Assembly: GCF_026210795.1 (NCBI RefSeq)
Contig: NC_089433.1
Coordinates: forward strand, 5,270,001 to 5,334,000
Length of the DNA: 64,000 nt
DNA from: Rhizophagus irregularis
Taxonomy: Eukaryota
Direction of reading: 5' to 3'
Numbering within the stretch: the first letter of the stretch is position 1; each line of letters starts with the position of its first letter. The notes under the pieces were generated by a model, which saw only the letters and a program-made list of their open reading frames with translations, searched no databases and was not told where the DNA came from. The position numbers and the translations under genes were made by a program. Below are positions 12,126-24,540 of this stretch, piece after piece.

Positions 12126-14938
12126 ATGTCTACCATTCGAAGAGAATTAGTTTATCAAGCAGTCAATAAAGCATGGTCATCGCTTGATTATAACATTCAC
12201 AAGGGATTCCACGTCCACTTTGAATTTATAAAACAAAAAATTCTTGCTGATAGTTCTCTTACAGAAGATGAAAAAAATGAAGCAATAAGATTAACTAATA
12301 AAGATTATGACCGAGATAAAATTAGTTATAATTCAGGAACAAGAAGAACTTGTGAAAATTGCAACAAAGAATGTTTAGCTACATTGTATTGCGAATATTG
12401 TGTCCAAGATTATTTAAAAGCAAGATTTTCAAATTGGACATCTGGAAATAATGATATTGACAACTTAATACAAAAATGTCAATCGGAAATGCTTACACCA
12501 GATCGTATAGTTGAATGGATCCCTTATAATAATTTAATGAATATTAAATACCTAACTAAAGGCGGATTCTCTAAAATTTATACAGCAGACTGGATTAATG
12601 GACCATATAAAGAATGGGATTCTAAAAAACAGCAATTAGAGAGAATTAAAGTGCATGGAATACAAAATTTTGTAGTAAGTGTAATACTTAAAGAATTAGA
12701 AAATATTGAAGGCGCAAGTCAAAGTTGGTTTGAAGAGGTTTGTAAATCTAAACATCTAAATAATTTTATATTCAAGAACTTTTTAATTGTTTACAAATAT
12801 AAAAAATATTTTATATAGGCTAAATCACATTTAAATATAGGCAGTAAATATCCAAGAATTGTCGATTGCTATGGTCTAACACAAAATCCATCAAATGAGA
12901 ATTATATGCTTGTAATGAACAAATTTGATGTAGATTTAAGAGAATATTTATTACAAAATAATAATCAACTAACATGGAAAGAAAGAATTAAAATTGCTTT
13001 TTTAATAATTGAAGCACTTTATCAGATTCATGAAGAGAATTCAATCCATAGAGATTTGCATTCTGGAAATATATTATATTCACAACTTAATAATTCTTGG
13101 TGTATTAGTGATCTTGGATTTTGTGGTCCTGTAGATAAATCACCAAAAAGTATTTATGGAAATCTTCCATATATTGCACCTGAAATTATTTCTGGAAGAA
13201 AATATACTTTTGCATCTGATATTTATAGTATTGCAATGCTTATGTGGGAAATTTCATCTGGACGGCCTCCTTTTAATAATCATGAAAATGGTTACTATCT
13301 TGCAATGAATACAGTCAATGGTATAAGACCAAGAATAGTACCAGGAACTCCTTTAGAATATAAAAATTTAATGAAACAATGTTGGGATGCTGATCCATTA
13401 ATGAGACCTGACATTGTTACACTTAGAAACAAAATAAGCGGAATTAATGCATTATTTCAAAATACACAAAATGAATTAGATGCAAATAGCAACTTCGAAA
13501 CAAATAACTTAGAAACAAATTATACAAGCAGCAGATTATTTATAAGTAAAGTTCATCAATTTGAAAATTTTCCTGAACCAAGAAATGCAACAGAAGGTAT
13601 AAATATTTATTACTAAATTTTTTATTACCATTATTTTTATTAATATTTTTTTAAAAATTCATTAATAATAGAAGAGCAAGAAGGTAACATAAAATTAACG
13701 GTTTATTTATTTATAGCTGAAGCTTTTATTAAAATTTTATTTTAATAGCATTTCATAGTAAATCCTATAAATTTAGTATTCCTAATAATAGTAAGTAAAA
13801 TTTTATTTAATTTTTACATATAATAATATATTTTATAAATTTTTTATTTTTAGTCAATGACTTTAATAATTCAAGTAATCAAAGTACATCTAAATCAAAT
13901 AGTATTTCAAAAGGTATGATAGTAATTAGTTATTAAAAATTTTTTGACATGTATAAAGTATTGATATAATTCTTTAAAATGTGTAATAACAAAATATTGC
14001 CTAAAGTATTTAACAATCTAAAAATAAACTCAAAAAACGGTAAGTAAAATATTTAATACATATTGTAAGAATTTTGATAAATATATTAGTTACTACTTAC
14101 TAATTAAAATTATAGATATCTTTAAAGAAGATGCAATACAACAGCAAATTAAAAGGCAAGATAGTGATGTCAATGGTAATTAAAATATAATTATAACAGA
14201 TAATATTAGTATTTTTGTAATGTTATTTACTAATATTGACTTTTTTCTTTATTTTATTTTAGATATGCAAATTGAAGAATTTGCTTCTGAACAATCTGTA
14301 TCCCAAACTGAACAAATTACAATAATTGGTAAGAAAGAATACATTTATATATTAATTATAATAATTTATATCATTTAATATTTATCAAAAAAACAATTTT
14401 ATAGATAACAAAAATGAAGGAAAGGGCAAATCCAAAAGAATTTATTCAGGTTATTATGATAGTAATAAACTATATTAAAAAACAAACTTTTTGTTTATTT
14501 AAACAGAAGATGAAAAAGAAGATTTAACTGATGATAATAAATCCAAAAAGATTAAATTAAATAGCAATAAGGGTAATTAATTATTTTAAAGAAAATTTTA
14601 ATTTACAATAATAATGTGTATAAATTTAAATATACTATATAAAATTATACTAGCCAATTTTCAATATATACAAAGAAATTATATTGCAGATGATGGTAAG
14701 AGATTATTATTTATTCCTTTCATTACTGAATTAAACATAATTATATTTATAATATATATAGATGAAAATGATGTTTCTAATAATCCAAACTTACATTCGA
14801 AGGATCAAGATGAATTTGAAATTCCAGAAGGTAATTTAATAATTTATCAACATTATTTGATTTTATTTCAATAATACTACAAAATGTTTACTTTTTTACG
14901 ATTTATTTATTTCCATTTTATTAGATGGTTTTGAATAG
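12126..14938 (+). CDS. TKL-type protein kinase with Cys-rich N-terminal motif and multi-microexon C-terminal tail
   Basis: Exon 1 12126-12737, exon 2 12819-13596. Motifs CENC..CEYC, KGGFS, VILK, HRDLHSGN, DLG, YIAPE. About 10 short GT-AG exons follow, ending DGFE* at 14938. Confidence 0.9.
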
Positions 14939-15964
14939 GGCATATTTTATATTTTTATTATGATTATTGTCAGAATTATTTAAACACTAAGTCTAGAGTA
15001 GTGAATTTTACACAAGTTACTTAGTTTGTAATTTAAATAATTCATTTCATTTTATTATTTATTTCTTTCTTTATAAGAATAGCAATTTTATATTTTCAAT
15101 AAACTTGAACAATTTGAACTATATAAATAAATAATTATTATACTCTGTTGAATAAAGTCTGTTACAATGCGAAATTAAATATTTTACATCCTACAAATCA
15201 GTTTGGTGTGTTGGTGTCATTATTTAGGATTTACTCTTTTATTTTTTTTAAATTATATTTTTTAAAAAAAAATTGAAATATAAAAAATAGTATATATATA
15301 AAAATCGAGAAAATAAATAAATTATATATACAGTAAATTGTATAATATCTATTTTTTTTATGTTTTATTAATTTGATTAATTTAACAATAATGAAATTGG
15401 CCAATCAAATTTAAGCTCAATGACAATGTACTTCAAGGCGTCATTAAATTTTTAATTAAATAATCCGATCACGAAACAGTCGAAACACTACCTACAGTTA
15501 CGAAAGGAAAAACAAATGTAATGTATACTATTACAAATAAAGGCATCTAAAAAAATTTTTGGAAATAATTAATTCACGTGGTTTATAGTGTGACGTGACG
15601 ATAATTATCAATAGTAAATTATCCGTAATATTTAAGAATCAATTTCGTAAATTTGTAAAATTAGCTGATAAATAATCATGTTTCACCAATTCTTTTTACA
15701 TATAATTTTTCAAAATAAAGAATTTTCAAAAACACGCAATTTGCAATTTAGAATGAATTCATCATCGATTATTAACGTTGATCCTAAAAAGAAATGATTC
15801 GTTTTTGCTTAATTATTCATTTAAAATTAATTTTATTCAACATCAGAAAATGATTTTAATGAAGATACGAACGCTTCTATTGTTTGAGTGTTTAGGATCT
15901 TATCCAGGCTAATTTTGAATTAAAGTATTTTGAAAAAATTTTAAAAAATTATTTCTCTTAATAA

Positions 15965-17170
15965 AAATTTTATTTAGTACCAACAAATCCTTTAATTAAT
16001 AAATCCGCAAAAACTGCACTTGTTGTATAAAGCCTCATTCTCAAGACCACCATCACTACATTAAGTAAATGTAAATTAGCCATGATGTAAAAAAATATAG
16101 AAATTCGTATTTCCGATTTGTTTTCTCTTCGTATAAAAGATGCTGTATTAACTAAAATTATGGGCATAGCTGCCGTTGGATTTAGTGGTGTAGTGACCAT
16201 ACCTGGTAAATATAAAATCACATTACCACTGGTCCAACTTTCAAAATTACGTTGAAAATGTATTGAATTACATACTTTACTACATTTTTCACATATATCA
16301 TTAAAAACAATCATATAATTATTTGTTTCTGGATCCCGAGTTATTCCATAAGGTTTATTTATCTATAAATACACAGCACATTAGTCCACCAAGTATGTAA
16401 GGTTTAGTAAAACCACCATGTCGTTCATGTTTAAAAGTGCTCTTTGTTAAATGGTTCCATCTAATTTGTTGATGTGATCTAATAATATCAAATTCAAGAT
16501 TTTTATATTCTTTATAATATAAGCGTTCGACACGAACGCCTGTTTTGCTGTAAGTAGTGGTTGGTTCCATAACGCTTTTAAGATATGGATTTTTCTTCCC
16601 ACGGAATTCGTTATATTTTTTAATCATAACTTCATATTTCACACCCAAACGCGTTGAATAAATTTCTTTAGGCTAGTTATTATTCTGATAAAAAGCTGGA
16701 TCGCTAGGGATTTTTTTCTTTAGTTGATCATCAAACAATACTACTGTTATAGGGCAAAGGTGTGCATTACAATGCCAACGGTTTTGCGATAAAACAAATG
16801 CTGAGAGCAATAGTGTTGTTCACTATGAAAGCCTACTGTACCACAAGGTAAATAGAACCCCAGGTAAATCACGTGGGCCCAGAACTAAACCGGACTTTTT
16901 TACTAGTTGAGTTGAAGATCCTACGAGTCATCTCTGTATCATTGGTGTAAACGGAAAAAAGATCTTGTTTTGATAAAGAAAGATCGGCATTTTCATCTAA
17001 CTCGATGAGGAAATATCTGGATTTTTTGGTGTTAGTCAGTGTGCCGCTACCACGTGTATCAGAAATTTGTAAGTTTGTATAAACGAACGATAGCTTTCGA
17101 GCCTCCCTGAGGCTCCTTAGGGGTGGTATTTTTCGCACATAAGTCCTTTTGAGAAGTTTCCATAAGGTAT
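15965..17170 (-). pseudogene. Chimeric remnant: decayed homolog of the 50976-52895 ORF (17150-16355), a kinase fragment (16350-16225) and a possible LINE fragment
   Basis: KKSRYFLIEL..VYTND, IYLGFYLPC and IYSTRLGVKY match RRSKSFFFEL..IHTND, FHFGIFTPC and VYSNRLGISY in order. These are followed by ITRDPETNNYMIVFNDICEKC..FQRNFESWTSGN, a kinase-family segment. Confidence 0.65.
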
Positions 17171-17597
17171 TGTTTTAAAACACCGTTGCGAAACATAGTT
17201 TGTTCCTAAATTTTAGTACGGAAAGCAACAGGAAGAAAATATGACGAAAAAATATGTAAAAAATTGATAAAAATATATTTATAATCTTTCCGAAGTGTGT
17301 ATGGTGTATGTGGAAACGAAAGTTTTTTGTATATAGATAATATAACGTCTAATTTCGCAACATTTTGTTCCAGATTTTTGCGGGAAAGAATTTTTTACCT
17401 CAAAAATTTTACCCGGGGACCATACCTATGATGTGACAATGAAATAATATCACTTGATTTCGTGTTTAAAATTGATCAAAAGATCAAAAAAAACTTTTTC
17501 TAATCCAAAACGCGAACAAGCTATATATTACCAAGTAACCAGGAAAGCCAGGAAAGTAAACATCTACTTTGTTAATTTCTATAACATCCCACAATAT

Positions 17598-18128
17598 CCT
17601 ACGATGCGTTGGAACCGTTCCACATGCTGTGGACCTCCTTCGATCGATGCTTGGGAAGTAGGTGGTCATGCTCCTGCTAGGTTCATCTTAGCACATGAGA
17701 TTGACAACTTCTTTCCAGTATATTGAAATTAATTCCTACGATTCGTTGAAACTGTTTCACTTACTGTGGACCTTCTTCGGTCGATGCTTGGAAAGGAATT
17801 GTCATGCTCCTGCTAGGTTTAAGCTTAGCACATGAGATTGGCAACTTCTTTCCAGTATATTGAAGTTAATTCCTACGATGCGTTGGAACCATTCCACATG
17901 CTGTGGACCTCCTTCGATCGATGCTTGGAAAGGAATTGTCATGCTCCTGCTAGGTTTAAGCTTAGCACATGAGATTGGCAACTTCTTTCCAGTATATTGA
18001 AGTTAATTCCTACGATGCGTTGGAACCGTTCCACATGCTTTGGACCTCCTTCGATCGATGCTTGGAAAGGAATTGTCATGCTCCTGCTAGGTTTAAGCTT
18101 AGCACATGAGATTGGCAACTTCTTTCCA
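17598..18128 (+). repeat. 137-bp tandem repeat, about 3.9 copies
   Basis: Units start at 17598, 17735, 17872 and 18009 and are nearly identical. Confidence 0.95.
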
Positions 18129-18214
18129 GAAATCCTCTACAATGCCAACCACTTTTTTATGTTAGTTGTTGATTATTGCCTTTGATTAATAGTGTTGATT
18201 ATCATTAATTTAGC

Positions 18215-19500
18215 ATGAACATTTCGAAAGGGATCGATAATTTCTTCAGAATAACAAACTATGCAAGATGGTCCGTCATCGATTGTCTCGAATCTTTGGC
18301 GAAAAATTGCACAGCGGTGACAACTGAGAATCGTGAGGATATTATAGCCGAGTTTAAAGATCAACTTCAATTAATAAGCATCCATAATTCAATAAATTAA
18401 AAGGCGCGGGATAAAGCTATAAAACTTTACAATAATGCAGAGAGATCTTTTCAGTTCAAAGAGATTATAGCATTCTATGACCGAATGGATAAAAAAGTAA
18501 ATGATATTTCTTAATTTGTATTATTTGGTCAATATGCAAAAAATCTAACCGGTTCACAGGCGAATGAAAATTTATTTGAAATGAAAACTGATCTATATGG
18601 ATCAGAGGTCGCGGTACAAATGATTGATATGAAGTTGAATCTTTTCGATCTCCTGTAAGCAGTCATGCCATGACATCAAATGGTGTCAACGTTGATGAAA
18701 CTGCTGAGGTTCATTGTTTTCATCATTGTTAAATCATATTTTACTTTATTTGTATATTTATATCTCTTCTCTTCTCTTCTCAAGGTTTCTGAAATTGTAC
18801 AAGCGTCAAGTGGCGCTCAAACTAATGACGAAGAGGACCAGGAGGTAGATGACGCAATTATTGACAAGATAATTGTAGATAAGGTAAATGCAATGAGAAC
18901 ATCTTCGCTTATTTTGACTACATTTTTTCACAACTTCTGGCATCTTTCAATGGCAATTTAATATAGGTATCTACTTTACTGTTCTCTAACCTAAACCTCG
19001 AAGAAGTATGGATAAAGGTCATGGAACGACTAAAAAAAGATAACTTGCGAGTGCAGTATGTTATTGTGACTTCCTTTTCATAAATGTGTGTTTTTACTTA
19101 ACCACTAAACATTTCCAGATCAATTGAATCAAGAATTGTGGATCTCTCAGCAGATTGGACTAAAATCGAATGGTGCTTACGAAGAGAAGTAAATGTCCTG
19201 ATTTTGAAACATAGAGAACGTGACTTCATCGTTAAAGTTCTTAGTCCGATAATTGGCACACTTCTAGAAGAAATCGATATTGGTATCTTTGAGCTTAACT
19301 GGTATGTAATGATGTCTTAGAACATATATTATTTATTATGAATTATGACGCTAACCCGGGAATTTGGATAGGATCAAGAAAGAGTCTCGCAGTGTTACGA
19401 ACCGAAAATGAAAGGCGGTGCACGAAGAATATATGGACCCTACTATCAGTATGAAAAAAATGGATTTGATAAGTTACATTGCGAAGTCATAAAAATGAGT
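18215..19500 (+). pseudogene. Degenerate multi-exon gene, possibly with a restriction-endonuclease-fold C-terminus
   Basis: Fragments MNISKGIDNFFRITNYARWSVIDCLESLA...KARDKAIKLY and ERDFIVKVLSPII...ELNW, with GT-AG introns, in-frame stops and frameshifts. Confidence 0.5.
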
Positions 19501-21589
19501 TACTACCACTTGAAGTGGGAAACACAGAGATTTTTTCAATTAAATTGAACGCTGGATAAATAGTTTGATTTTCAAATCATAAAAATCAAATAAAAAATTA
19601 ATATACTGTATTTACAATATTTGATTAATTAATAAATTAAAGAAATTGTTGATTATTTTAATAATAGATTATTATAACCAAATCCATATCCGAAATTCTC
19701 TAAATAATCACCAGATTTTTAATAAATATTTTTTAATTCAAATGGTTTAATTAAATTAATAATTTATCGAGTAAAATGAATATCAAAAGAATAATAATAA
19801 ATTAAATGAACAGATTCTATTAATACAATTTAATTATTCAAATATTTTTCCTAAGTTGGTTATAAGTTTAAGATTGACGTAATATAAAATAATAAGAAAT
19901 GATTATAAAAATTTATAAAATATTTGTAATATTTTCATAATATTAAAATTTTTTCGAAAATACTTCTAAAAAGATTAATCAATTTTTATTGATAATTATT
20001 TCACAATTCCTTAATTAATCCGAATTTCATTCTACTCTCAAACGTCAAATCATTAATATAAATAGTTACATTATTGTAAATATAATTTATATCATTCTAT
20101 CTAATATTATAAATATAATTTATTTTATTATTTTTTGTTAACTAATTATTCCTAATTATAAACAAAAAACTACTGTAATTTACTTAGTAATACTAAATTT
20201 TTCTATTTAAACAAACTCATTGGTCCCGATGTGAAGCAACGGGTGACTGCTAATCGTTTACTAAATACCCAACTTGCCGATCATTTGCCGATCATTTTGT
20301 CTTTGAAGATCAATTTTTCTTTTTTGAAAATATATTAAATCATGCATTTAATTTTTGGATGTAATATCGAATTAATTTTTTTGCTTAATTTCAATTTTCT
20401 CTTCAACAAATGAGATTCAATTTTGATTCGATTATCGATTCCAATCCCTACTCTTGAACTTTAATGGTGAAATGGAGGTCGTAGAAAAAAAACATTAGTA
20501 ATGTTTCTAAAACAAAAATAAAATGTAAAAAAAAAATAAAGAAATACCTCCATTTCACCCAATTTCAAAGTTTAAGAGGCTGTTCCCAAAAAAAAATAAG
20601 GAAAAAGGAACGTTAGCGACGTTAGTAACGTTCCTAAAACAAAAATAAAATGTAAAAAAAAAAATAAAAAGAAATAACTTTAAAATTAGGGTTGGTATTA
20701 GTCCGATCATATTTATAATAGCGGTATTGTTGGGTTGGATCAACGAGATAATGAAATGCAGGTCGCACTAAAATTATGACATTAATTTATTATTTAGCGA
20801 TAGTATCAGGTATGCTTTTGGATGATAAATTTCTGACGATCATCTTCCAAATTTATTCACTTTTTCGCTTAATTTGTAGTTTGTCATACGATCTACATGC
20901 ATTTTTTCATAATTTCGGAAATGCTCAATGTGAACTTTTTTGATTCAATTTTATATAGCTATATATATTGCTAATTGCAATTGCAATAGCTATATAGCTA
21001 TAGACGTTGTTATTGCAATATTGCTTCTTTGATATCATTAGAATAAAATTACAAAATATTCATTTTTGTGCCACTTTCGCTACATATTAACTTGAGGCAT
21101 CAAACAATAAGTTTTATATTTGTATTTGATTTTGTTGATCTTTATTGATTTTCAATAAAATAGATTCAAATATATTTCTTTTTCGTTAAAAAAATTGAAA
21201 CGTGTAGATGATCATGTAGATCTTGTGATAATCAAAATAAAAAAGTGTTAGACGAAAATTTTTTTCAAAAATTTTTCTTTTTTTATAAATTTTTTTACAT
21301 TTTTTTCTATTTGTAAGATTAAATATTTGGATATTACATAATCACTATTTTCTAAAAGAAATACACTTAAATACACTTATAAATTTAATTAATGTGATAT
21401 TTCATAAAAAATATTTTTTCTTACTATTTTTATTTTTAAACTACTTAAATTTATAATTAATGAAAAAATTAATTAAAAATTTATGTCAGGTCATTTTCAA
21501 ATTTTTATCATCTCAGTTCTTAATTTTTATATTACATTTATTTTTTATATAAAATTTTTTTTAAATTAAACTTCTTTTTCCAAATATAC

Positions 21590-23050
21590 TATAATCTCCA
21601 CTTTGGCCAAATGAAATCAACTTCATTTATTAATTAAAAGTTGTTCAGGCATGTTGAAACCACTTGAATATTAATTTTCATGAATATAGGTATAGTGCTT
21701 AGAGAAAATTGCATTTCTTGATGATATTAACTTTCTTTTATGTTTTTTAATTTAGAGCGTAATATTTCCACTTTAGACAAATGAAATCAACTTTATTTAT
21801 TAATTGAAAGTTGTTCAGGCAGGTTGAAACCATTTGAATATTAATTTTCATGAATGTAGATGTAGTGCTTAGAGAAAATTGCATTTTTCTTGATGATATT
21901 AACTCTCTTTTTTGTGTTTTAATTTAGAGCGTAATATTTCCACTCTAGACAAATGAAATCAACTTTATTTATTAATTGAAAGTTGTTCAGGCAGGTTGAA
22001 ACAACTTGAGCATTAATTTTCATGAATGTAGGTGTAGTGCTTAGAGAAAATTGCATTTTTCTTGATGATATTAACTCTCTTTTCTGTTTTTTAATTTAGA
22101 GCATAATATTTCCACTTTAGGCAAATGAAATCAACTTTATTTATTAATTGAAAGTTGTTCAGGCAGGTTGAAACCACTTGAATATTAATTTTCATGAATG
22201 TAGGCGTAGTGCTCAGAGAAAATTGCATTTTTCTTGATGATATTAACTCTCTTTTTTGTGTTTTAATTTAGAGCGTAATATTTCCACTTTGGGCAAATGA
22301 AATCAACTTTATTTATTAATTGAAAGTTGTTCAGGCAGGTTGAAACTACTTGAATATTAATTTTCATGAATGTAGGTGTAGTGCTTAGAGAAAATTGCAT
22401 TTTTCTTGATGATATTAACTCTCTTTTCTGTTTTTTTAATTTAGAGCGTAATATTTCCACTTTAGACAAATGAAATCAACTTTATTTATTAATTGAAAGT
22501 TGTTCAGGCAGGTTAAAACAACTTGAATATTAATTTTCATGAATGTAGGTGTAGTGCTCAGAGAAAATTGCATTTTTCTTGATGATATTAACTCTCTTTT
22601 CTGTTTTTTTAATTTAGAGCGTAATATTTCCACTTTAGACAAATGAAATCAACTTTATTTATTAATTGAAAGTTGTTCAGGCAGGTTAAAACAACTTGAA
22701 TATTAATTTTCATGAATGTAGGTGTAGTGCTTAGAGAAAATTGCATTTTTCTTGATGATATTAACTCTCTTTTCTGTTTTTTTAATTTAGAGCGTAATAT
22801 TTCCACTTTAGACAAATGAAATCAACTTTATTTATTAAATGAAAGTTGTTCAGGCAGGTTGAAACCACTTGAATATTAATTTTCATGAATGTAGGTGTAG
22901 TGCTCAGAGAAAATTGCATTTTTCTTGATGATATTAACTCTCTTTTCTGTTTTTTAATTTAGAGCGTAATATTTCCACTTTGGGCAAATGAAATCAACTT
23001 TATTAAAGTTGTTCAGGCAAGTTGAAACTACTTGAATATTAGTTTTCATA
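21590..23050. repeat. 172-173-bp satellite array, about 8.5 copies
   Basis: ttccactttagacaaatgaaatcaactttatttattaattgaaagttgttcaggcagg recurs every ~172-173 bp. Confidence 0.95.
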
Positions 23051-23553
23051 AGATTTCATTTTTTTGTAGCTGTATTAACTTTAGAACACTTATTATAGCT
23101 TATGTCATTATTTTAAATTATAAATATTAATTTATATTATTGGCTAATTATAATCACATGATACTATTTGATTTAATAATTTAATAAAATATTATTATTT
23201 AAAATTAAATTCATATAAATGCAACTAATATTAATAATTATAATTTAAGCAGTAAATTCATTGACCAATTCTTGTAAATTCTATGCTCAAATTATGTAAT
23301 TTCTTTGATCAAATCAATATAAATTCAGTATAAATTATGGTCAATCATACACATGGTGCATTTTTGTGATATGGAATTGTGCATTTTCCTATATCCTTAT
23401 ATATAGTTTGGATACATTATTTTTAAGAAAAAATTGTATAAATCTTATTAAAACATGATTTTTTATAGGGTCTAATTATAATAAAATTTTATTATTCAGT
23501 AACAATTCAATTTATTTATATCAAAAAATTTTTTTAATTATAAATGTTATATT

Positions 23554-23590
23554 TGGGGGACGAAGTCCCCCAGCAAATCGCATATTCTAG
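23554..23590 (+). mobile_element. Helitron-like 3' terminus
   Basis: GC hairpin TGGGGGAC-GAA-GTCCCCCA, then CTAG|T 14 nt downstream. Confidence 0.65.
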
Positions 23591-24004
23591 TTATTACCTA
23601 TAAAGTATGACCCAAATATATAAAATCTCAAAATTTTAAGAGTAAAAATGCTGGATATAATTTTAAACATTATACGACTATCAAAAATATGAAAAAAAAA
23701 TTGCAACTAAAAATAAATTATCAAATTGATGCTGATCATGTAACACAAAATAATTCCATATCGTGGCATATCGTACTTTAACATTTTAAAGCATCAATGT
23801 GAAAATTTTGATATTTCGAAATGAAAATTTTATTAATAATTTATAATTTAACATTTTTATATTAAATAATAAAATTTTATATAATCGGTCCCGGTCCGGA
23901 CCGGTCCTCAAATCTCAGACCGAAGACCGTGAAGACTGGTCCCAAGACCGATACAGGACCGGTCTTTGCTGGGACCGATCCAACCCTATTTAAAATGGAT
24001 TTAA

Positions 24005-24540
24005 TTTATAATATCTGGTGATCAAAACAATAATTAGACTTTAGGGGCTTGGCGGCTTGCATATTCCAATTTGAAAATAAAAACCAGTTAATGATAGGCT
24101 GATGATAACAACTTGCATATGATCTAGTTTATATTATGTGGTTAAGTCAATAACTTTAGAAGCTTTGGCGGATTGCTGTTTTCTTTTTGTAAAAACCAGT
24201 CAACGGTAAGGCCGTTACCCGTTAAGATGTTGATTGGTTTAGTATATAATATCTGGTGACCAAAACAATAATTAGACTTTAGGGGTTGGCATTCAAATTT
24301 GGAAATAAAAGCCAGTTAATGATAAGGGTGATTATAACAACTTGCATATGATCTAGTTTATAATGTGTGGTTAAGTCAATAACTTTAGAGGCTTTGGCGG
24401 CTTGCTGTTTTCTCTTTGTAAAAAGCCGGACAACGGTAAGGCTGTTAAGATTCTGATTCTAATTAATATTCTGTTTGATTTAGTTTATAATATCTGGTGA
24501 TCAAAACAATAATTTATCTTATTAGGGCTTTAGGGGCTTG
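24005..24540. repeat. ~240-bp direct repeat, about 2.2 copies
   Basis: tataatatctggtga(t/c)caaaacaataatt at ~24007, 24246 and 24486; the first two units align along their length. Confidence 0.85.

Larger units (their letters stand above)
20687..23988. mobile_element. Non-autonomous hAT-type DNA transposon (3.3 kb)
   Basis: 9-bp TIRs TAGGGTTGG (20687-20695) and CCAACCCTA (23980-23988). Exact 8-bp TSD TTTAAAAT at 20679-20686 and 23989-23996. GGACCG/CGGTCC subterminal repeats at 23885-23978. Confidence 0.8.

Noticed and set aside
14614..14874. Stand-alone 86-aa ORF, also at 48644-48904
   Set aside because: Read-through across kinase tail exons and introns, not a separate gene.
17598..18128. 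CRISPR-like array
   Set aside because: Units are full-length tandem copies with no unique spacers, there are no cas genes, and the context is eukaryotic. The same applies to the 173-bp and 60-bp arrays.
20224..20255. Helitron 3' end (cccgatgtgaagcaacggg...ctaat)
   Set aside because: The hairpin is imperfect, the terminus is CTAA rather than CTAG and no 5' end was found; plausible but unsupported.
22263..22815. Three near-identical 68-aa ORFs
   Set aside because: By-products of the 173-bp satellite; they overlap in shifted frames.
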